DNA of 64,000 bases from Octopus vulgaris. Taxonomy: Eukaryota. The notes under the pieces are model-generated. The model was not told the DNA's origin, made no database searches, and saw only the letters and a list, made by a program, of their open reading frames with translations. The stretch lies in contig OX597814.1 of the NCBI GenBank assembly GCA_951406725.2, positions 21,204,001 through 21,268,000 on the forward strand, given 5' to 3'. The first letter of the stretch is position 1. Every line of letters begins with the position of its first letter. Made by a program: the position numbers and the translations under genes. Of the stretch, positions 1 through 9,077 are shown in pieces.

Positions 1-120
1 ACAGAGCTGGCAACCGGCCACGAACGGACGGTGCTTTTACGTGTCACCGGCACGGGGGCCAGCCGAGGCTGGCAACGGATATGAACGGATGGTGCTTTTA
101 CGTGCCACCGACACGGGGCC
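1..120 (-). mobile_element. Fragment of RTE LINE 3' UTR tandem repeats
   Basis: Two units of ggcaacggccacga..ggtgcttttacgtg(t/c)caccggcacggggcc, the reverse complement of the ~58-bp units in the RTE 3' UTR at ~60800-61210. Confidence 0.7.
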
Positions 121-764
121 AACATACACAAATTCACTTTCATGCACATGCTATAAACATACATACGTACACACACACACACACACTCACACATCCATAT
201 ATAGTTCTAAGAAATTAATGGTCCAAATAGGAATTTTTATACTGGAACCTTGGTTCATAAGTTAATAAGTAAGATCTGAATATAGAAAAAGCCTTGGAAA
301 GAAAAATATTAGTACCAAGGATAAATTAACCTGTTATTAATAGAAGTTACATGGAAACAATGAATCAAACTCTGTAGAGCATCCTACCATGGTAAGATAC
401 AATATTTTATTAATACCATTAATATAACATTGATTTTTAACTTTGAAACAAAGCCACGAATTGGAGTTTGAATTCTGCTGAGGTCAGCTTTGCCCTTCAT
501 TCTTCTGGGATCAATAGAATTATATACTAAACAAGTACTGTGATTGATTTCTGTTCCTTTAATACATTTCAGATTTAAATGAAATTATAACAGAGCACTA
601 AAGCCCTACAAGGAAAAAAGATAAAAAGAGGTAATATTTATCCCTGCTTAAACATGGGTGTTCTGTTAGAACAAACTATACTGTGGTAGATATCATGAGA
701 GAAACTCTCACATTGGCTTTTGGTGAAAAATTCTCAAATAAGGTAAAGATGACATGTAATGTTG

Positions 765-1160
765 GTTTCATATTTTGGTGCATGGCCAGCAATTTTAGGG
801 GATGGGCAAATCAATTACATTGACCCAAGTGCTCAACTGGTACTTATTTTATTGACCCCAAAAAGGATGAAAGGTAAAGTGGAACTTGGTGGAATTTGAA
901 CTCAGAATGTGAAGATGGATGAAATGCTGCTAAGCATTTTTCCTGGTGTAGAAACGATTCTGCCAGTTTGCTGCTTTAAGATGACATATAATATTGATTT
1001 CAAATTTTGGCACAAGGCCAGCAATTTCGGGGCAGGAGTAAGTTGATTACACCAACTCCAAAGTTAAACAGGTACTTATTTTATCAACTCTGAAAGGATG
1101 AGACGAAATGCCGCTAAGCATTTTGTCCAATGTACTAATGGTTCTGTCAGCTCACCACCA
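765..1160 (-). mobile_element. Two tandem decayed tRNA-derived SINE copies (family A)
   Basis: Both match the family A body (ggtacttattttat..gaaaggatgaaagg..ggaatttgaactcagaa..gaaatgccgctaagcatttt) seen intact at 4678-4910. Confidence 0.7.
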
Positions 1161-1194
1161 TCGGATGGCATATAATATTAATAACAGCATAGAT

Positions 1195-1384
1195 AGGCAT
1201 AGACATAGCTGTGTGGATAAGAAGGTTGTTTTGTAAGCACATGATTTTGGATTCAGTCCTATTGTGTGGAATATTTGATAAGTGTATAGCCCTAAGCAAA
1301 CCAATGGTCTACAAGTGAATTTGAAAAATGGAAACTATGTGGAAGCTCATCATGTGTGTGTGTGCGTGTGTGTGTGTGCGTGCG

Positions 1385-1421
<37 letters not shown>

Positions 1422-1480
1422 ATTTGTGCTTGTCCAACCCTCCACTTGACAACTGGTACTAGTTTATGTCTCCATAAACT
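1195..1480 (+). mobile_element. tRNA-derived SINE (family B), decayed, with internal (GT)n
   Basis: Head gctgtgtggataagaag..ggattcagtcct (A/B-box-like), followed by ggaaact..gaagc and a (GT)n tract. Confidence 0.6.
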
Positions 1481-1487
1481 CTTTTAT

Positions 1488-1688
1488 TCTTTTACTTGTT
1501 TCAGTCATGTGACTGTGGGCATGCTGGAACACCGCTTTTAGTCGAGAAAATTTAGCCCAGGACTTATTCTTTGAAACCTAGTACTTATTCTATCAGTCTC
1601 TTTTTTGCCGAACCACTAAATTACGGGGACATAAACACACCAGCATCAGTTGTCAAGTAATGTTGGGGGAACAAACACAGACACACAA

Positions 1689-1745
<57 letters not shown>

Positions 1746-1862
1746 TACGACGGGCTTCTTTCAGTTTCCGTCTACCAAATCCACGGCCCGAGACTATAGT
1801 AGAAGACACTTAACCAAGGTGCCATGCAGTGGGACTGAACCCGGAACCATGTGGTTCATAAG
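1488..1862 (-). mobile_element. tRNA-derived SINE (family B)
   Basis: gtgggactgaacccggaaccatgtgg (B-box on the minus strand), cagtttccgtctaccaaatcc, internal (TA)/(CA) tract and tail cttttacttgtttcagtca; same layout as 3503-3902 and 61540-61950. Confidence 0.75.
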
Positions 1863-2525
1863 CATTTAAGATTGAACTCTTAATTGATCAAAGCTTTGTG
1901 AGTGAAATTTGGGAGACGGAAACTTTATGGAAGGCCACCATAAGAACCATTTCTACTGTTGGAGAGCAGAGTTAATCTAATCTGTTGCCCAGTTTAACAA
2001 AACAACCATTCGGCTGCAGATTAAAGCAAAGGGAACAGCAGGATGTTGATTTAAGTATCACTACAGTGCTACTACATACTACAGTCCATGTGTATATATC
2101 TTTTATCTTCTACTAGCTTCAGTCATTAGACTACAGCCATGCTGGGGCACCACCTTGAATTTTTTATAGCTGAATCAATCAGCCCCAGTACTTATTTTTT
2201 AAGCCTAGTACTTATTTTATCGGTCTTTTTATTTATATATATATATATATATGTATATATCATCATCATCATCACCACCGCAAAACGAATGTGGAATGAT
2301 GACGATGATATGTGTGTGTGTGTGTGCATGTGTGCATGCATGTGTTTTTTTGTATGTGTGTGTGTGTGTATGTGTGTGTGTGTGTGTATGCGTGTGTGTG
2401 TGTGTGTGTATAAGTATTGCCAATTGAGCAGAATATGCTTCACTGGAGAGGCCTAATAAGACTGAAACGTCCATTACTTTTTGGCTTTAAAGACTACACA
2501 TCAATCCAGTCTGTATTGTCTACAT

Positions 2526-2807
2526 CAGTGGTTCTCAAAGTGGGGGTGGTATTGCTCCCCCACTCACTGGAGGTGGTGAAAAGTTCCAAGGGGCATTGAA
2601 AAAAAGTAGGGCAATAATAGGGTAGTGATTCATGTAAAAACAACAAAATAATGGGTTCATTAGGTTAAGTTTTATTTGTGAAATACAGTTGCTTTGAATT
2701 TTCTCAAAAAGAGGTCTATGTTTGTGATGTTTAGTTGAGGTAGGGGTGCTAGGAATATGGCCTGGGTGTCAAGGGGGTGGTAGCCTGAAAAAGTTTGGAA
2801 ACTACTG
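2526..2807. mobile_element. hAT-superfamily (Charlie/Buster-like) MITE
   Basis: Imperfect TIRs CAGTGGTTCTCAAA ... TTTGGAAACTACTG; exact 8-bp TSD GTCTACAT at 2518-2525 and 2808-2815 with central TA. Confidence 0.9.
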
Positions 2808-3502
2808 GTCTACATTATCTAAATTTTGAAAAATAACAAATCTTCTTATAGTATCCCACTTGCATACTGTTTCAAGAACGTCTTAGAGAGAGAGTTTTTG
2901 TCTGTTAATTCCTTGAAGATTTTCAACTCACTACACCACACACACATGAGACCTTCTTATATTTATACTTGACATTATTTATTTTTGTGTTACTATGAAT
3001 CTAAAATATATTTTATTACTTAAGTATTGCAATAATTTTCTTTCCAACTATTTACAAGAATTATTTATGAGGGAAATTTACAAAATCTTGGAAAATAAGA
3101 AAATATGTATAAAAAGAAAATATAAAGAAATCTGTGAAAAATTATATTTAGAAAGGAAAACACATCGAATATATGAGAGACTGAATGTGTGTGAATATTG
3201 TCTGAGGGTGTATATAAAAGCAAAGTGTGTGTGTGTGTGTGTGTTTGAGACTGTTGTGAATGTGTATTCAATTCAATGTGCTCAGTTATTGCTTTCTCAT
3301 TGCAGAGATAAAACCCTGTTTGTATTTCTTCATAAACTTTCGGTTTTAAGTTTCTGATCTTTAACTTTTATTTGTTTCAGTCAGCAGACCGAATTGTTTT
3401 GTTGAACAAATCAACCCCAGTGCTCACTTCTAAGCTTGACACTAACTCTATTGGTCTATTTTGATGAACCCTGAGTTACAGGTTTGTAAACAAATCAACA
3501 CT

Positions 3503-3902
3503 CTTTTACTTGTTTCAGTCATTTGACTATGGCCATGCTGGAGCACTACCTTTAGTCGAGCAAATTGATCCTAGAATTTATCCTTTGTAAGCATAGTACT
3601 TATTCTATCGGTCTCTTTTGCCGAACCGCTAAGTTACAGGGACGTAAACACACCAGCATCAGTTGTCAAGCGATGGTGGGGGACAAACACATACACACAA
3701 ACATATACACACAAACATATACACACACACATATATATATACATATACACGACGGGCTTTTTCCAGTTTCCATCTATCAAATCCACTCACAAGGCTTTGG
3801 TTGGCCTGAAGCTATAGTAGAAGACACTTGCCCAAGGTGCCATGCAGTGGGACTGAAGCCAAGACCATGTGGTTGGTAAACAAGCTACTTATCACACAGC
3901 CA
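3503..3902 (-). mobile_element. tRNA-derived SINE (family B)
   Basis: Near full-length match to the copies at 1488-1862 and 61540-61950. Confidence 0.8.
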
Positions 3903-3994
3903 TACATACATAATACATACGTACGTACATACATACATCCATATATATGTACATACATACATACATACATACAAACAAACAAACAAAAATACCC

Positions 3995-4350
3995 TGTTGT
4001 TGATGTTGAAATTCCAATGAAGGAACCTTGGATCTGGGTTAGAAACCAGTTCTTGCTCTATTGTCAAGAAATCTTGAAATAAACTGAATAATGACATACA
4101 TACATACATACATACATACATACATACATACATACATACTGTAAACATCTGTAAAACTTTCCAGAAGTTTATCATTTAAATGTATATGAGCATGTCTCGA
4201 CATGCAACTATATGGATGAAAATACATACATAAAGCAAAACATACAAATCTGAACATATACATACATACATACATACATACCATGTTGTTGATATTGAAA
4301 TTCCAATGAAGGAGCCTTGGATCTAGGTTAGAAACTGGCTCTTTCTCTAT
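3995..4350 (+). repeat. Local duplication of a ~70-bp stem-loop-forming segment amid (TACA)n
   Basis: tgttgttgat(g/a)ttgaaattccaatgaagga(a/g)ccttggatct(g/a)ggttagaaac occurs at ~3995 and ~4284. Confidence 0.75.
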
Positions 4351-4677
4351 ATCGAACGTTCGTATAAACGCTTGTGTACCTTGGGAATTTTCTTTGATGT
4401 AAATCAATGTTTTTCCTTTTTCTTCCTATCTGTATCTGCCGATATATAATGCTTTGCATGGTACTGTATTATTGTTGTTGTTGTTGTTTTTGCTATTATG
4501 TTGCTAGCCGTGTGATGCATGTATTGTTTTGCAGGTATTAATGCTATTAATAATAATAATAATGATATTAGTAGCAATAGTGGCAATGGCAATAGTAATG
4601 ATGGTAATATTAATGGCATTTTGTAACTTAATATAATGAACTCTTGACTTTGTATATCTGCATTTGAATATAGATAT

Positions 4678-4910
4678 ATATTTCTATACTGCCCACAAGG
4701 GGCTAAACATAGAGGGGACAAACAAGGACAGACAAAGGGAGTAAGTCGATTACATCGACCCCAGTGCGAAACTGGTACTTTATTTATCAACCCCGAAAGG
4801 ATGAAAGGTAAAGTCGACCTCGGCAGAATTTGAACTCAGAATGTAAAGACAGACGAAATACCTCTAAGCATTTCGCCTGGCACGCTAACGTTTCTGCCGG
4901 CTCGCCGCCT
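4678..4910 (-). mobile_element. tRNA-derived SINE (family A) with 16-bp TSD
   Basis: Minus-strand head aggcggcgagccggcagaaacgttagc..gagttcaaattc; TSD ATTTGAATATAGATAT at 4662-4677 and 4913-4928. Confidence 0.9.
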
Positions 4911-5825
4911 ATATTTGAATATAGATATGTGTATGTTTCTATATTGTAATATTCTGATATATTGTTTTGACCAACTGTAACCTTGAATATAGCACATAAA
5001 TATGTATATTGCTTTTTATATGGCACCATTATATCAACTGCTAAATGAATGCCTTAGTATACTGTTTGATTAACCAATTTTTCAAAACTTACGACACTAA
5101 TATATCCTTTGGAAAGGCATCAACATCACATATTACATTTCTTTTATGGCAGTTTAAGAAATAAATACTATTGTTGAATAATGTACAGGAGTTAACTTCT
5201 CAAGTAAGTATTAATGTTATGCAAAGAACCTGACAACACTCTCACAACCGAGTTGTTACAACTTCAATAGACATTTGATTTCTTTTATTGTATTGAATAT
5301 TACTTGCATATTTTAGTTTGTACTAAGTCGATATTTTATTCACAAATACATAGTTTTGTTATGACAAGTCTTCAGTTAAATATCATTGTTGTATTCATGT
5401 TTCTAGAATTTTCTGTTGCAGAGTTAAGAGGAGTGCCTTCACTCCTCTCACTTTGCATTCTGTGCATTGGTACAGTGTTCTGTTGAAAGCTGTAGTTATA
5501 ACATACTACAATACATCAGCACACAGAACAAATTTAATGAGTAGTTTTTCTTTTAGACTTCTCTGTCTGTCAAACTGTTTAGTATTCAAAGCACAGCAGT
5601 TCTACTTATTCTATACTGACATACATAATTTCATAGTTGAACAGTCAATATATCAGTGTAACTTTATAATTGGACAAGTCCATTGCTGTCAGGCAAGGGA
5701 TGTCACGAATAGGAAAGAATGGGTCCATAAGTAACTTGTGTAGTTCTTTAGTTTCAAGTCAGCTCTGGTTTTAATAATACTGTCCTTCTTTTGGTCTCCA
5801 TACTGTCTCTACATGTCTAAATTGT

Positions 5826-6146
5826 AGGCGCATGGCTTAGTGGTCAGAGCATTTGGCTCATGATCGTAAGGTTTTGAGTTCAATACCCGGCAATGTGTTG
5901 TGTCCTTGAGCAAGACACTTTATTTCACGTTGCTCCAGTCCACTCAGCTGGCAAAAATGAGTTGTACCTGTATTTCAAAAGGGCCAGCCTTGTCACACTC
6001 TGTGTCACGCTGAATCTCCCTGAGAACTACATTAGGGGTACACATGTCTGTGGAGTGCTCAGCCACTTGCATGTTAATTTCATGAACAAGCTATTCCGTT
6101 GATCGTATCAGCTGGGACCCTTGTCGTCGTAACTGACGGAGTGCTC
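5826..6146 (+). mobile_element. tRNA-derived SINE (family C) with 17-bp TSD
   Basis: A-box tggcttagtgg, B-box gagttcaatac, central gtgttgtgtccttgagcaagacac; TSD CTACATGTCTAAATTGT at 5809-5825 and 6147-6163. Confidence 0.9.
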
Positions 6147-6741
6147 CTACATGTCTAAATTGTCCATTATTCCAATTAAATGACCAACAACGTATGGGTC
6201 TAGTGTGTGGATAGTGTAGAGATGTAATGGAGAGGCATATTGCACAGATGGAATAGCAATGTCGAGATAGAATGAGAGACACTGTTCCACAATTGCATCC
6301 TTAAAATGTCTTTTATTCCATTTCCACATTGATCCTCAATTTCATCTCTACTGTGTTGTTCCATGCCACTCAGCACTGTTCCCTATTCCATCTTTTCTTC
6401 ATTCTCCATACAATCTCTTCACTTTCCTTCCTTCTATCTCCATACTGTCTCCCTCTTTATCTCTACAGTGTTCCTCACTCCTGACTCCATGATGATTCTC
6501 TGTTTATCCCTACAGTCCATCCATTGATCCATCAATCCATCCACCCACCCATCCATCTGTCTGTCTGCCTATCCATCTCTCTCTCTCTCTCTCTCTATCT
6601 ATCGATTTCTTTTTTCTTTTTTACGATCCCTTTTGATCAAAAACCTACCCCACTTCTTTTTATTTTTTTCCCCAAAAAGAAAAGCTCTACTTTGTAATTT
6701 GTCCCCTCTGTGTTCAGCCCTGTGTGGCTAATAAAGAAACA

Positions 6742-6826
<85 letters not shown>
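6742..6826. repeat. (TATC)n microsatellite
   Basis: Perfect tetranucleotide run. Confidence 0.95.
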
Positions 6827-6827
<1 letters not shown>

Positions 6828-7991
6828 CACAGTTCTCACTCCATCTCATTGTGTCTCTCCTTCCCATCTCGTCATTATTCCCCACTCCGATCTCTATATT
6901 AATTCTCACTCCATCCCTAAAGCCACTCTCTGTCTATGTCTGTGGTCTCTCTTTCTTTCCCAACATTATCCTTCACTCCATCCCTTCATTACCGTTTCTC
7001 CATCTCCACATTATTCCTTACTCAATCTCAACACTATTATCAACTTTCTCTCTTCATTCTCAGTACTGGAGCTTACCTTAAAACTAGAGTGTGAACAGCA
7101 TATCTTTCTTTGAAATGTGGAGGAGGATTTGATGCAGGTGTTTAATTGATATGAAGTTTAAAGTGAAATTGGTGCATTGGGGGGGGGGGGGAGAGAGAGA
7201 GAGAGAGGAGACAGACAGACAGGCAGATAAAAAGATTAAAAGTACTAAAATGATTGACAGATATGATGTCTATTACAGAGATGAAAGATAGAAAGCAGGG
7301 AGGAAAGATGTAAACAAGCAGTTCCTAACAAGGAAAGTTCTTTATTGGAGGAGAAAACAGAAATATGATATACACAAAGGTAAATATGGGTATTAAGGAG
7401 TTTCTCATTCTCTTCTAATATAAATACATGTGAAAAGAAATAATGATGAGGTTATTTTATATAGTGCTCAAGTACACTACAACTCATCAGAAAAGGTTAA
7501 AAGAAGTGATAGATAGCAGATGTATAAGTCAAGTAAAGAAAGAAGCCACATAAGCTAGAAGTACATGTACAGTTTACAGAATGAATCAAGACAGAAAAGT
7601 GAACATTAACATTAAAATGTTATTTCCTTTAGTTTCAAACCACATTGATTTCTCACAATATTCAATCCATATTACCAAAACTTGAAGCTGTACAACTTCT
7701 AACACCAAGAAAACATATCTTTCTCTCATTCTGTTACCTATTTTTTAAATCTTCACTGAAATTTTACTAAAATCAGCAACAATTTTATCAAGTTTCAATA
7801 AATTAATGAATAAAAATTAAAATGTTTCCTTCAGATTCAATATGCTAAATTCTGAATAAGGCAGATTAAGTGACAGACAGACAAACAAACTAGTACTGAC
7901 ATATGAAAGATCATTTTTAGACATTTAATTCAATAATGTAATCTTGTCTAGATAGCTTAATGAGAATTTTGTGCTGTTCTGTTTATGATAT

Positions 7992-8266
7992 TGTGGTGTG
8001 GTGTTGAAGGAGTGTGACGGAGCGGGAGGGAGCGGAAGTGGGTCTTGCAGGTCTTGCAGGGCGCATGCGCCGGCGGAAGCGGAAGTGACAGAGAGAACGC
8101 ACGTGCGGCATTGACCAGGCCAGAGGGACTTGAGAACGACGCCAAGACGACAAGACGCTAGCAAGTTGGCTGAAGGCGAATCCGACTTCATCTCCTCAGG
8201 TAAGACCAAATTACACTTCTAATTCTTTCCTTGTTCTGTTACGCTCCTTTCACCACACTTATTACA
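7992..8266 (+). repeat. 5' LTR
   Basis: Direct repeat of 11973-12247 with 5 substitutions; starts TGTG, ends TACA. Confidence 0.97.
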
Positions 8267-8278
8267 AGCTATTTCGGC
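8267..8278 (+). promoter_or_regulatory. Candidate primer-binding site complementary to tRNA-Phe(GAA) nt 1-12
   Basis: AGCTATTTCGGC directly follows the LTR; its reverse complement GCCGAAATAGCT is the conserved 5' end of metazoan tRNA-Phe. No TGG-type PBS is present. Confidence 0.7.
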
Positions 8279-8321
8279 AAAATAATCACTCGGTTTCGTA
8301 AAAAATAAAAAAAAATAAATT

Positions 8322-9077
8322 ATGCAGACTGCTATGATTTCACGCGACCCTATAACACCGTTTTGCGGCGACACCGACGTGGTCGCTTGGTTGAGGAGGG
8401 TAAAATTGGTGGCGAAGCTACATGGCATAGCTGGCCTGGCTAGTTTTATGCCGTTGTATTTGGATGGCCCGGCGTTGGCGTTATATCTGGAGATGGAGGA
8501 GACGGACCAACTCAGCGCGGACAAGGTGGAGATCCGACTTATGGAGGCCTTCGCGGAAGGAATGTTTGAAGCGTACACTCGACTGGGTAGAATGAGGTGG
8601 ACAGGACAACAGGTGGACGTGTTCGCCGGTGAGCTTAGAAGGTTGGCTAAACTTGCGGGATATGAGGGAGAGTCGCTAGAACGCACGGTCAGGTTAGCGT
8701 TCGTGACCGGCTTTCCCGACATCATGTCGGTCGAGCTACAGAAGCTCCCGAACGTGCGTTCGATGCCGATGGCCGAGATCATATCGCGGGCACGTGTACT
8801 GGTGTCATGCAGCAGGTTGACGTCGGTAGCAGCGACTGTAACGTCGAAAAGTGGCCCAGCTAGGAGCAACGGAGAGGGGCTGGGGAAAGAACGCGTGCGA
8901 TCGTTCAAGGGACAGTGTTTCCGGTGCCAGGGCCCACACATGGTCCGTGACTGCGCGTCGCCCAAGCCTGAGGTGATTTGCTACCGGTGTTGAGAGCCGG
9001 GGCATGTGGCCAGCGAGTGTCTGCGGGGAAACGGACCGCGGGAGACTACTGCGCCGGTAGTTGTCCCTTTGGATTAG
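8322..9077 (+). pseudogene. gag: Gag with two CCHC zinc knuckles, interrupted by an in-frame TGA at 8991-8993
   Basis: CFRCQGPHMVRDC, then CYRC*EPGHVASEC. The frame continues past the TGA to TAG at 9075-9077. Confidence 0.85.

Noticed and set aside
4010-4060. ATGAAGG..GAAAC as a hammerhead
   Set aside because: Two core mismatches; the sequence pairs better as a simple hairpin.
7147-7161. 15-bp match (tgatatgaagtttaa) to the reconstructed Gypsy pre-insertion site
   Set aside because: AT-rich and no flanking homology; cannot be distinguished from chance.
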